Part shown: positions 35,731 through 48,356 of the stretch, piece by piece
Position numbering within the stretch: position 1 is the first letter of the stretch
How the letters are laid out: every line of letters begins with the position of its first letter
Assembly (NCBI GenBank): GCA_010093815.1
Contig: ML996595.1
Reading direction: 5' to 3' (one strand)
From: Pseudovirgaria hyperparasitica
Lineage: Eukaryota
DNA: 64,000 nucleotides
Position numbers and translations under genes: made by a program
Notes under the pieces: model-generated
The model's database searches: none
The model's input: the letters and a program-made list of their open reading frames with translations, nothing else
Told to the model about the DNA's origin: nothing

Positions 35731-36042
35731 ATGCCTAACTCCACCATGACGACCGTCCCCATGTCCCCAACCGAGAAGAATGGCTACTATCGCCGTATAG
35801 AACAGTACGTCGAAGCAATTTGGGGCCCGGGAGAGTACAGTACTGGGCTTGAGCGGAGTGGGCACCTGTTCTACGCGTACGTCAAGAAGGACGGCTCCCA
35901 GCATCAGCGGACCTCCCCGCATTTCTCAGAAGAGGCGGCGCTCAAGAAGCTTGAGCGCAACTTGAAAGACATGTATGATGCCATGGAGACAGAGTCGGAG
36001 AGTGAGACGCCTGCTGAGTCGAAAGAGGACAAGAAGAAGTAG
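35731..36042 (+). CDS. Small hypothetical protein (~103 aa)
   Basis: ATG in ACCACCATG context, TATATATA at 35513, pyrimidine-rich 5' UTR. Coding-like sequence YYRRIEQYVEAIWG...FYAYVKKD...SEEAALKKLERNL. Confidence 0.65.
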   Translation: MPNSTMTTVPMSPTEKNGYYRRIEQYVEAIWGPGEYSTGLERSGHLFYAYVKKDGSQHQRTSPHFSEEAALKKLERNLKDMYDAMETESESETPAESKEDKKK

Positions 36043-38864
36043 AGGTGTCCGGCAGCAAACAGACAGGGGCTGACGGGCTGGTTGGCTGGGGCTGAGAGAG
36101 CTCTTCAGCTTATAGAGAGCTGAATATACGCGGGTTTCCTCCTCGATGTGTGCTTTGAAATGTGAACCATTGTTGTTTGGTGATTGTACATGCTCGTTGG
36201 GTATATGCCCAAGAAGCTAAAGCCACCCCTGTGTTTCAAAGCCTAATAGACTGTAAGGTATTGATTTTCTACTGTCTAGCAGCCACTAGGCAAGTTCGTA
36301 TCAGCTATGAAAGGGAGGAACGAGTTGTTCAATGATTCCGTTGAGAGCTGTGCATACAAAGCTTTCGCGATTGTACGAAGAGCCTTTCTACGTTTCTACG
36401 TTACTTATTCCAAGAGGAGAGACTTTGCTATCTACTAAGGTTTAGATAGATGATATATGTTCATCAGGGTATATAAAAATACCTAGTTCTATTTAGACTG
36501 AACGGTATGCTTATGTAGCGTATAGTAGTTACTTTTCTCTTTGGAAACTAGAAATCACTCTTATGATCTTGGCTCAATCGTATAATATATCCGGTATCAC
36601 TATAAAGAACCATATTGACTAGGTCAAGTCTGTTTAGCATGCGTGTTACAATGTGACTTGTATAGAGGCATAATACGAGTAACGATTACCTGTTAACATC
36701 CTTACCTGAGAAAACCCATCTCTGCTTATTTTTGAGCTTAATACTCACAACTTAGTTCAGTATACCTTCTCTAACACTGATTCGGCCATGCACACCAGTC
36801 AACACAGAAGTATGAATATACAGAAATGGGCCAGGAGGGTCAGAGTTCTGGCTCTGAAGGTCCACGAGAGGATAGGAATCTTGCACAGTCGCGGACGGCT
36901 GCTTCGATGCATGAGATTTCCGAGGGCATAGGTGACGAGGAAGGTCATTTTATCGTGCCTCCTAAGAAGAAGATCCGTAAAGTCGGCTCGATAGTCGTCT
37001 CGTCAAAGTGTTGCTTGGGTGGGTGGTGGTGTCCGTCACATTGATGGCGCTGATCGGGGAAATGAGATCCAACAATAAGAAAGTAAGATGTATATAGTCA
37101 CTATACGCTCCGTCACATACTAACCGAAATAGATAGATGCTCTGTTCAAACACAAGCCAGAAATGAAGCTCGAAACCTTCCACAAGCCTAGTCAGAGATC
37201 CCTCCATCCATCGATGTCCGCCATATAGTCCCAATGACCCAATGACCGGTATACTGTGTAGCAAAACCATAGCCATAGTGGCAATCAAAAACATCATTTG
37301 ACCAGTTGGGGTTTCTTTTCTTAGAAAAGCAAAGATGGTTTGGGATTGACCTCAATATTAGGACTGGAAGACCAAGAAGAGAAAATTGTCATTGATATCA
37401 TAGTTACAGTCAGCAAACCGTAAATCAACCAACATGTTTGATACACCACAGAAACAGATAGAACAATTGAGATGCTCAGAGGGTGTATCACCGCTGTGTC
37501 CCGACCCCTGGAGATTGTATCTTGCATCCACGTCTTCGGTACCATATCCACAAAGCCCAAACCTCTTCTTCCGTGACACAAGTCTCATCATCCACCTCGC
37601 CACGAGTCCACGACCCCCACGGTCACCCACGAGACCGCCAATTCTTTGACTTCCATCTTCACTTGATCCTCCCGCACTCCAAACTACGTCTTGTGAGCCC
37701 GGGTTGAGATACAGTGTAAGCACAGCCAAGCTCCGCCACCCCTGACATCGTCAAGTTGGACAGCGTCGACGCCCTAGCGTTATATGATAATGATAGGCTG
37801 GCCAGTCAGACTGTAAAAAGCAACGATGTCTAAACTGTGGAGAAGGACAGACAGATACCTGGGGTGCCCATTGTTGCCGAGGAAGGAGACGGGAGAAGCG
37901 CAATAGACTTTACAACGCGGAGCGGGAGTCATCATATTCAGATTGGGATATTAGGGATGAGCTTCACCCTTTACTGCAATACACATGTGTCCTTTGATAC
38001 ACGGCCACGGTAATAACGAGTGCAATTGGAGCTATTTTCCCAAAGGCGGTAAAATCTGCTTGCTATGCTGGCGCTTGGTGGACGGAAGGGTGTCTGACTT
38101 GAGAAACAGAAGTAACGTTGAAGCGTGTGGAAATTATTGGTGCTAGTTTCATAGTCTAATGCTCCATCGACTCAAACTGCAACTTCTCTCGTACGCTCAG
38201 ATTATTTGCTCCCACAGGATAGGAGAACATGGAGAAGACTTAGAGGTAAGTAGTAAAATACGTAGTGTAACGAGGTCATAGATGATAAGAGGTTCTACCA
38301 AGGTGCTCTCACCTTTAAGTCCATAAAGGCACCTTAAGTATGGTCCCGGCCAGTGGCCAGGGTAAGCGATATTTAAGGCTTTGCGAGAATGGAGTAGTCC
38401 ACAGTGCCGCGCGCCAGCCGGCGAAGGAGCGAAAGATGGTTATAACGTGGAGATATGAATCAAGGTAGACATATGAATCACAAAGAGTTGGTCTGTCGAC
38501 ATTCATAGTACTACATACATGCGAAACCACCACATCAACGCGACCTTGATTTAACTTATACACCCCTAGCGCGGACATAACACATGTAGACTTTTCGTAG
38601 CATAGTTCCCTGCAAGAAGATGCAAACTCCGAGAAATGATCCCTGTTGCGGGGCATGTCATAATAGATACAATAAGTAAAGAAATGGACCCTAGGCAAGA
38701 CGCCCGTGATTCATAAAAGTATGATGCACAGTTGAACAAAGGATGCCGCTTTATAGGCAAAGAAAGGGGAATGTCCACCTAAATGCTCGTGTAGAGAATC
38801 ATAGCTGACGAGGAACATGGGCCGTATCTATCGGACCATTTCCGAAGTCGAAATTCATGAGAAC

Positions 38865-41488
38865 TTAAGGGCGTGGAAAGCTTGAATGAAAGCTGCCGAT
38901 TTTTTGAAAGCCTCTGTCGATGTCATCAATATGCTGTACGATCTTGTCGTTATCCTATTGGTTGCGACTCACTTGGCAAGATCGATACCCTCTTCCTCCT
39001 CATCGTCCATTCTGTCTCTGGCGAGACTGGCCCTTTTGCCGTAAGACACTCCCGATCCGCGTGTAGTATTCGCTGCAATCGTAGATGACGGACGCGCGAT
39101 AACGCCACCGAACCCAGCATTGAAAGATGAGCCCTGAGGAATCTTGTCTCCTGCTATACCACTGTTGGACACAGAGCTAAGGGTGCGCTCACGTCCTGAC
39201 TTAGTCTGTCGTCGGCTCATCGGCCGGCTCATGCTACGGGTAGGGCTAACAGGCTCGGGCACCTCTTCGTCTGCGTCTTTGTCCAACTCTGGCTGAGGTA
39301 AAGGTGGGCTGCTTGGTTGCGGCGGTATATCTGGTGTACTTTCATCATCGCTTGTGTGTTTTCTCTTCCGCGAAGGACTCAATTCTGTACGCACAGGAGT
39401 ACTCCCAAGATCTGCATATCTCCAGAATGGGGCGGGCGAGCTTAATTGCATGAACTGTGATGGAGCCTGCGCCGTCGACGGAGGCGCAAGGCGTGGAGCA
39501 TGACGAGCTACAAGTGGTGTGACGAGATGGTTCGCGCGACTGGTCTCGGTTCCATACAGAGGAGGAGAGTTTGAGCCACTGACCCTCAGACCCGGGGCGG
39601 TGTCGGGTGCGCTGGGGTTCCGGTCAAGTCTACTTGTCGTGTCAACGTTCGCGCTGCTGCTCGCGGCATAAGACGGATGTGTACCATGTTGAGCCCGGCT
39701 GTTGATGGGAGTTCGAGATTGTTCCCCGTTGTTCGACGGTGGCATGATGTCCGAGCCCTTCGCGAGACGAGGACCTCGCTCTGGGGTATACGCCTCAGTA
39801 GCCTGGGGTATCTGATTGAATGGGGGAGTGTGAGAACGCTGCGGAGACTTCATCTTAGAATCTGAGGTTGGAGGTCGGCCATTGTCTCTCTGCATGTACC
39901 CAAGGAACCGCTCACCTGGATGCGAAGAAGGGGCCATGCCCGCCGCGGGAGAATTCGGACCTGAAGAACCCATGCGTGCAGTTCCGCGGCGACCATTCAT
40001 CAATGTCTTACGAATGAATTCATCACGCTGGTCGTCGACAATCTTCCACTTCATCCCCTTGCCGGGCTCATCGGTACGACGTGCTACTTTCTCGAAGGCT
40101 TTTGACAGCGAGAGATTGTGGCGAATCGAATTTTGCCACCCACTACCACTGTAACGATAGAATGCATATTTGTCACGGATGTACTGGTAGATATGCGCTA
40201 GGGTCAACATCTCATCCGGACTGCTCATTATGGCCTGACCGATAAGTTGGGCGTAACTCTGAGGAGGTTTGAGTTCTTTGGCAGAATCTGCGCTATAATC
40301 GATATCCTCCGTGCTCTCCATCATGACTCCGCGTGCATATCCCGGAGACTGGGGTGCTCGCTCTTTTACGCGCGATGCTAGAGGTGTAGCAGGCTGAGGA
40401 GCTCCAGCGAAGGCAGCTGCAGCGAAAGTATTACCCGGTAAACTGGCCCTTGGTTTCACAGCGCTTTGTGGGTAGGGCTTGAAGCCTGTGGAAGAGGGAG
40501 GAAACGGATCAAGATCGGTGAACTGGCGGTCATCAATAAAGCCTCTACCATTGCGCCGCCTGGAGCGCGTCTCCTCATCCGTTGATGTTTCGGCTGGATC
40601 TGCGAGCGCCTGCTGCTTGATGTATGGATGAATTACAGGCTCCACGTTGGGCAGAATGAACAGCATCTGTGTACCAACGATCGCGATGACGGAGCCAGAA
40701 TGCAAGGTGACATTGTGATCTTTGTGGACTGTCGCATCATCAACTCTCAGCGCATTACGACCTCTTGTTGTGAGGATCCATTTTTCTGTATCGCTATTGT
40801 ATTCGATCGAGGCGTGGAGTCGCGACACCTCACGACTTGGACCCAAGTCGATAGCTATGTGGAAATTACTACCCGTGTTTGCAGACGATATTGTACCGGG
40901 AATGCTTGCAGGAGTGAGACCATCTTGCGGGTGATTTGGGCGTTCGGCACGGCCAATATGCACATAAGGTTGTTGGACAAAAAGGGTCCAATCACGACCA
41001 GCAATCTTGGCAAATGCCGGCCTTTCGTTTGCATCCCGCGCATGTAAGTCGTTTGAAAGCTCAATTGAAGCAGTTATTGGGTTTCGCGCAACTTTCAAGT
41101 TCGCTATTATTTCGTCGATCGAAGGTTCGCTTTCGGCATCGTCATCTTTTGTCTCGACTGAATCAGGACTGCTCGCCTTTACAGGCACAACTTGATCAAG
41201 TGAAGGTACAGTCTCAGGCACAGATCCGGGGGCTGGGGACTGGGCAGCATTTTCAGTTCCGTTCAGCTATAGAATATCGTCAACATAGCTTCGATGTTTG
41301 CCATGACAAGGGCAAAGTCATGTCAATAAACACAGTTTGGTCCATGTCTGTCGTACAGAGGGGAGTCTTATTAAGCAAACACTTACTCGTCTTCTTTTCC
41401 TTGTTGGAGTCGACATAATCTCAGTCGCATCGATATCCTCTGCCTCGACTTCCTTCTTTGTCCGTTCACTTCGTCGTCGCGGAGCCAT
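38865..41488 (-). CDS. FKH2: FHA + forkhead transcription factor (Fkh1/Fkh2 family), 814 aa, 3 exons (41488-41387, 41266-38973, 38913-38865)
   Basis: FHA: AFAKIAGRDWT...IGR...IDLGPSREVSRLHA...GRN. Forkhead: KPPQSYAQLIGQAI...GWQNSIRHNLSL...GKGMKW. Spliced C-terminus IDLAK/GFQKIGSFH. Introns 41386-41267 and 38972-38914. Confidence 0.9.
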
Positions 41489-42315
41489 TCTGGAGGTGGA
41501 TTTGCTGTCGACAGGGTCAAGGGTGACTGGAGGGAAAGCGTAAATATTTATAGAATTCGTGCGAAGATGGCTGGGTAATGCAGGTAGGGCTTATTTGCAG
41601 TGTTTGTGTGTGTTTGCTAGTATGGAGCCACGACCTTCCAGACGGGAGGATGCTCTGACACTGAATTCCGCAGGTGGTGTTTGTGAGGAAGTGTGCAGGT
41701 TTTGCCGGCGGAAATGTTATGTTTGTGATGGCTGCGCTCGCCGCTAGCTAGACCGTACCAGTCGCAGGTGAAACTGTCTTTGGCTTAATTTGCAGAGCGC
41801 AGCGTCATCTCAGTATGAATGCAAAGCAGATGACAGCTGGCAGATTGTCGCCGTCGGTGTGGTCGGTGTGGTCGGCGGGAGAAAGTGGTGGTTGCGGCTT
41901 CGACGGACAAGGAACCTGAAGAGAGTCGTGTTGTTTTTGCGTCGGACGCGCGCACTCGATCGGAGACAAGCGCAGTGCAGGCGTGCTCCGTGTCCTTGCA
42001 ACCCAGACTTCAGAAGCCTCGAGTATATGCCAGCGTGTCTGTATTGAGTATATAGTAAAGGATTGAAGCTCAGATAATGTCTTCAAGCAGCAGAAACAAC
42101 GACAAGGGCGAGCGTTGACTGCTGTTGGCTGGATTGATTACAAGGTGATGCCGATCTGTTGCAGCACGTCACGTGGGGCAAACACGCACACGCTTTCGGC
42201 AAACTACTAGTGCCGTGTTTCGTGCGTCACCCAAATAATTAATTACAGTGACAATTGTCAAACAGAGCGAGCACCACAGCGTCGATCCAGGAACATGGAC
42301 TAAATCATCTTTCCA

Positions 42316-42317
<2 letters not shown>

Positions 42318-42377
<60 letters not shown>
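42318..42377 (+). repeat. (CT)~30 microsatellite
   Basis: Perfect dinucleotide run upstream of the forkhead gene. Confidence 0.95.
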
Positions 42378-42385
<8 letters not shown>

Positions 42386-42871
42386 CTATCCTGACTCAAT
42401 CGTCCGGTTTCTTGCATACAAATAAGCCCAAGACAAGCGTAGGAATGAATTGAAACGAGCCCCTTCGCGGCCGTTACTAAATAAATTCTTGGCCCCTACC
42501 CTCGTACGAGAGCTGCGATGGCGGCCTAAGTTCGGCGCCTTCAATATGACGTACGTAGAGATCATTCTGGCCACGTGACCCTGCCCAGACTGCCTGGTCT
42601 CGAGCGCCACGACCGTTTTGAGCTTCCCGACCTGTAGCTTGGGAGGGTGTTACCCCGGAATGGTACATTATCTGGTCGGATTCACACTGCAGGGCTTTAC
42701 AGTAACGACGGACATTGAAAATAACTTTGGTTCTCAGGTATACAACTAGACTGCAGAATTTCTACAGTTTCGACATAACGCTTTTATCACATTACTACCT
42801 GAATCGCTATATAACCCAAGGCTCAAACATCATTTCAATCCAGGACTTGCATCTCATACCGTTGCATAGCT

Positions 42872-45800
42872 TCAAATGTCAAGCGGGGCACTGAGAGGAA
42901 GATTCCTCGAGGTTGGACCAACGTACACGGTCTTTGGATGTTCTGAGATGTACCAATTTTGGGTTGTGGTGTCCCAGTTACTCAGATCGCGACGAGTTAC
43001 GTCTGCAACAAAAGTAGCCGACATACCCTTATTGATGCTTAGACGAGCGAAGGTACGCAGGACAACTTTGGGGTTGTCCTCACCACCCAAGCTGAGGTAA
43101 AGCTGAGGGATTTCCTCTCCATCTCTGTCACCGGTATTTGTAACGGTACAGGTGACGGTGAACATGACATCGTAAAGCAGTGGATTACCACCTGGGCCAC
43201 CCCCAGCAGCAATGCGTGGCTGAGGGGACGAGTCACGAGCACCCGGCGGGAGGAAGTCTTCGCTACCATAGTCAGAGGAGTTGGAGGCAGTGGCCAGGTC
43301 GGTGGAGTTAAGATAAGGATAAATATACGAAGTGACGTAGGTGAGATTAGCAGGCCACTGGTAGTCATTTACGTCGGTGCTGTAGTTTCCTAGAACCGGA
43401 GCAGATCCTGTCTGACCCGTGGTTGGCGTGTATTCGCCAACGGAGTGCTTTTGGACTTGTATATCAGAGTAATTGTACGTTGTATAGGATAGTCCATATC
43501 CAAACTCGTACACAGGCTTGATTCCAGCACGGTCGAAGGCTCGGTAATCAATGAAGACACCTTCCTCAAAGTTGTCTTGTGGTGCATTCTCGCCGTTGTT
43601 TGGCTCATAAAGGAGATCGGAGCCATAGTCGGCACGGTCGCGGCCTAACGTGAAAGGTAATTTGCCGGCTGGGTTAACACGACCGTACAGGACGTCGGCA
43701 ATAGAGTTACCCGACTGTTCACCCGGAAGACCAGCCCAAAGAATTGCAGTCACGTTAGGGTTCTCGTTCCATGAACCGATAGTGACGGGACCGGTGGAGT
43801 GAATGACGACGATAGTGTTATTGCATACAGCCGTGACATTCTGGATTAGAGTCTCACCGTTGTTCCAAAGGGTAAGGTTGTTACGGTCGCCGATATTTCC
43901 ATCGACGTTGATGAAACCCTCACCAGAGTCAGAATTCACGAAGACGATGGCAGTATCGACCTGTCTCCCAAGAGCCGCAATGTAGTTGTAAGCATAGTTA
44001 TCCGTCACAGACTGCACAACTCTGCCATTCTGGACCAACTCGTTCTGAATGGCGGTGAGTGGCGACACCAAAAATGGAAAGCTAGAAGTCCCCGATCCCC
44101 AACCCATCGCAACGGTGCCGTTGGAACAGCCGTGATCAGGACATCCATTAGGGCCATATTTGCTGTCTTCAGCATCTTCGCCGAAGATACCGGTGAATTT
44201 CTCCATACCTGACAAAGGCAGGGTGCTGCCAACGTTTTTCAAAAGAACAGTGGATCGGGCGGCAGCGGTGCGGATAGATCTTGTATGCTCGCCACGAACG
44301 TCTACGTGCTGGTTAATCAGACCATAGTTCTGCCTGGCGTAGGCATTCTGATAGCCAAATGTGTCGGTGCTCCAGCTGTTGAAGTTGACTGGGACTCGAG
44401 CGGTGTCACGGCCTACGAGGTAGAATGCAGCCATGATGCGCGTGACCATGTCATCGAGACGCCATTCAGGCAGAGTCCCGTTGAGAACAGCAACCGTCAT
44501 GTTCGGGCCCCAATAAGAAGTGTACGTGTTGAAGAGAACATCACCAGGCATGGCCATGTCCATTCCTGCAAGCGCAGTGCTCACCCCAGCGTGCTGAGCT
44601 TGCCAATCGCTCATGACGAATCCTTGAAAGCCGAGTTCGCCCTTGAGGAGGTAATTGAGGGTGTATGAGTTTGCGCAACCGTACGAGTTGTTGATTTGCT
44701 GGTAAGAGCACATGATGGCGCCGGTGCCTGCTCTGACAGCATCCGCAAACGGCCACAGGTATAGCTCGTGCATCGCTTTGTCGGCAACATTCGAGCTCAG
44801 CGTCTCGGTAATGTTGAAACCATAGCCGACGGATTCACCAACCTGACGGAAATGCTCTTGTTCATTCATAATGTAATGCTTCGTAGTCGCAACTACGCCA
44901 GCAGCCTGAATTCCTTTGATCGTCTCGGCAACAGCAATCCCAGACAGGACAGGATCAGGGCTGTAGCCTTCCCAATTACGGCCACCAGCTGGTGAACGAC
45001 CAAGCGGGCCAACGACAGGGCCCAGCTGAACGTCAACGCCTTTCCCTCTGAACTCCATGCCCATCTGATAGCCACGCTCATACCACAAACCGCGGTCCCA
45101 AGCAGCGGCAACGGTCCCACCGGCGGGAAATGCAGAGACGAAGTCGGCTACAAAGTGTCAGCGCACACTCTTGGAATCAAGAACAGAGCAAGGCGCGCAT
45201 GGTCCGCTCCACATACCGAACCGAATGCCTAATGGAGAATCCTGCATACACAGGCCCTCGAAACCAAGTCTGGGAACAGAGCCAACATTACCAACGCATG
45301 GTCCTCCTTCCCAACTGTACTCTTGTCAGCAGCCGACGCGGTTCTGGCTTCTCATGCGCGCATACCCAACACCAGTGGTCAAATTGACCTTCTCCAACAG
45401 GGTCAATTGACGAACAAATGCCTGAGCTTTTACGTAGGCCTGATCCCAGCCGCCGGAGCCATCCATCCATGGTGAAGGGTACTTTGGAGGCGAATATGCG
45501 TTATTGAGGCCTTCGTTACCTGGCACGGTAGCGTTTGGATATGTGGTATTTGGAAACTAGCAGGAATTAGCCCATGAGCACAGCAAACCTCGTTGACGAA
45601 CAGCTGGTGATTCTGCACGATGTAGTATTGCGATGGGGAGATGTAGAAATGAAAACAAAGCATTCAAGGTTATCAGGAAGCTTTGAGAAAGCTCCATTCT
45701 GGGTGGAGTGTGTAGCGGCGACGCAAGGGAAACTGGCTATCTATTCTTGGTGGTTGCGCGCAGAGGGGTATGGTGGAACAGATTGACGCAGCTTGTTTCA

Positions 45801-45896
45801 ATTCGACTCGTGTCCAGGGTAACTCACAGTTTGCGCCAGTGCGACAGTGGCCAGGGCTTGCGCAATGGCAAACAACAACCACGTACTGTATCCCAT
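42872..45896 (-). CDS. BGL1: Secreted GH3 beta-glucosidase (BglA/Cel3 type), 877 aa, 4 exons (45896-45828, 45556-45366, 45314-45217, 45147-42872)
   Basis: Signal peptide [62 protein letters not shown], nucleophile VMSDW, FnIII-like C-terminus. All introns are GT-AG with branch sites. Confidence 0.93.
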
Positions 45897-46689
45897 GATG
45901 GACTATTGTCGCTGGTAGGAATATCGATAGGAAGAATATTGATGGGCTGCACAAAGAATGACGGGCCGAACGGGAGACGATTGTGAGATGGAGGAGGTCA
46001 TTCAGTAAGCAGCAAAGCAACGAAGAGCATGACCTCAGCCTCAACTTACCCCGGGTAGAAGTGTGCTTTAAACGAAGAGAAGCAAGAAGCACCCGATGCA
46101 GGGTGTATGCAGGTATATAGGTATATAGTTTCCGCTAATGGTGTTCACGAGCGGGCAGTGGATCCATCGTCGTGACGGGCGCACTGCACCCCCTACCAGT
46201 ACTGACCTGTCGGGCAGTGTCTCCGTCTCTATGCATGGCAAAACATGACGTGAGTGTTGGATGATGTGCATATACTAGGCTCGTCCGGGCAGTTGTGCGC
46301 GCGCTATGGAAATAATGACTGGTTATCGTTCTTATTCTTGGCTTATAACAATATTGACGTCGCTACGCCACGTAGCAGCGAGAGTAGCGAAAAATGACGA
46401 AGCCCGGAGCAAAGACTCGGGAGCTGGGCCATGAACGGAGTGGCTATTGAACCCTCTGGTTAAAGGTATGGATATAATTATATATGTATGTGTATACTTA
46501 TTACGGTACTGTACATAGTATATACGCCGTTCGCATGCCCAACTTTTAGGTCGTATTGAAGAGCCGACTTTACTGTAGGCTAATTGTCTATTGGCTGCTA
46601 GTCCGCGTCTACTCGGCTGCCGTAATTAGCCGCCGGGCATAGCTACTACACTCGCATCGACACCTAAGGCATGAAATACAACAGGCGTA

Positions 46690-47130
46690 GTAGTATTAGC
46701 GTACTGTATTGATTAGTTAGAGTATGGCCTCCCTTAGATAAACTAATTATATAGTCTTATCTAAGCTATACTAACTATTTAATATTATTAACTTATACTA
46801 TCTTTATTAGATCTAGAGTTAAGACTCTAGAAAGTATTTTAGCTATATTTAAATATACTTCTAAATAGGCTCTTACTCTCTATATAAGGAAATAAAAAAG
46901 AGTAGATAAGTAAATTATTCTAAGAATATTTCTAATAATAGATAATATAGAGAAGAGAAGAAGAAAGAGATTGAAATATATTTTTATTTTTATTTTAATC
47001 TTCTATAAGATCTTTTAGACTTCAAAATTACTTAATAGATATCTTTTAGATATAGATATAGTTATATATAATCTTCTAATATCTTCTAGAGTGAGTCTTA
47101 ATTCCAGAATTTTTAAAGAAAATATAAGTT
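46690..47130. mobile_element. RIP-degraded AT-rich repeat remnant
   Basis: Extreme TpA enrichment and CpA/TpG depletion; homologous to part of 57130-58170. Confidence 0.75.
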
Positions 47131-47221
47131 CATCATCATCTTGACCTCTGGTTTATCGTACGGAACAGCACAATCACCCGATTGACTTCGCTTACACTGT
47201 CTCGACCTACGACACTACACA

Positions 47222-48050
47222 ATGTGTCGTTTGTCAAAGACATGATTTCCGAGTTCACCTGCCACTGATTCTCACACTCTGGAGGCTCAAACCCACAAGG
47301 TCCTCTCCTCCCTCCTTAGCACGCTGCATGGGGCCCTCGCGATAAGCACTGGATTTTCATCAACCAGCAGACAGCCGGGCGTACCTTCGATGACCTTGGT
47401 CCAGGATACCAGCAGCAAGGTCAGGGCTACGGTGGACAGCAGTACGGGCAGCAACATGGTGGCCCTTCGCAAGGGTATAACCAAGGCGACTGGCTTCCAT
47501 GATAGAGGTTATGGAGGCCAGGGAAGGTATGGCGGTCCTCGTCAACAAGGATATGGACAACAAGGCTACTTTCAAGAGGAGTATAAGGTGTAGAAGAGCC
47601 TTGACTGGCTGAAGTACGTTGCGGCTAGTGCAGCCAGATTAGCTAGAGGCACTTTCTTCATGTACGAGGGAGAGGAAGCCAGTAGGTGGAACCATATTTT
47701 CAGGATCGTTCTATACTAAGACTACAGTAAAGGAAGACTGGGATGAAGACAAGTACCGCATGGGACAACGCGTTGAAAATTTCGGGAACGACGTGGAGAA
47801 CTTTCCCGAGATCGCCGCCTACCCCGTACGTGAAGGTATTCAAGGCGTCGAGGACATACTTGATCGCATTGTGAACAAGTAGGACAATGCCGTGGATAAT
47901 GTTGAGAATCCGGATATTCCCGAGGATGTTGCCGGCTGGTCTAGGAATAAAGTCGGCGAAGCGGAATACGATGCTGGTGGCGATGATGCGAGGTATGATC
48001 ACGACGACAATTATGGGGGCGACGATGGCGGAGACGGCGGTGGTTGGTAA
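47222..48050 (+). pseudogene. Pseudogene of a WW-domain, Gly/Gln/Tyr-rich, Asp-rich C-terminus protein
   Basis: PP*HAAWGPRDKHWIFINQQTAGRTFDD (WW-like), GYGGQQYG repeats, intron 47682-47727, IKEDWDEDKYR...VENFPE...DIPEDVAGW. In-frame TAG at 47317, 47591 and 47880 plus a frameshift near 47490. Confidence 0.75.
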
Positions 48051-48356
48051 GAGGTAAGGGGAGGCAGCATGTTTCGTACCTAACTCTGGACGGAGGAGTC
48101 AAGATAAACCCTTTAATTACTTTGGATCGATCTAAAGCACTTTTATCACCGCCTCCAACTAAGTATAAAATCCACGTTTGACTGGTTGCGGAATACTTGA
48201 CTTAGCAGGCCGTCTAAGGTCATAATAGATGGACTGTCTGCCCATAATCTTGCTCAACTTCACCGAACCCTTCTTGAACACCGTTGAGCCCAGCTGATAA
48301 TGAAACAGGACGTCGAGAAATCTGGTCAGATGGCTGTGATAGCTATGACAGTAGTC

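Noticed and set aside
42169..42417. Poly-RE ORF
   Set aside because: Translation of the (CT)n microsatellite.
45557..45827. Unusually long (271 nt) first intron of bgl1 as a snoRNA or micro-exon host
   Set aside because: No clear C/D or H/ACA boxes; the spliced protein is already complete, and the one internal acceptor I tested (AAG at 45792) runs into a stop.
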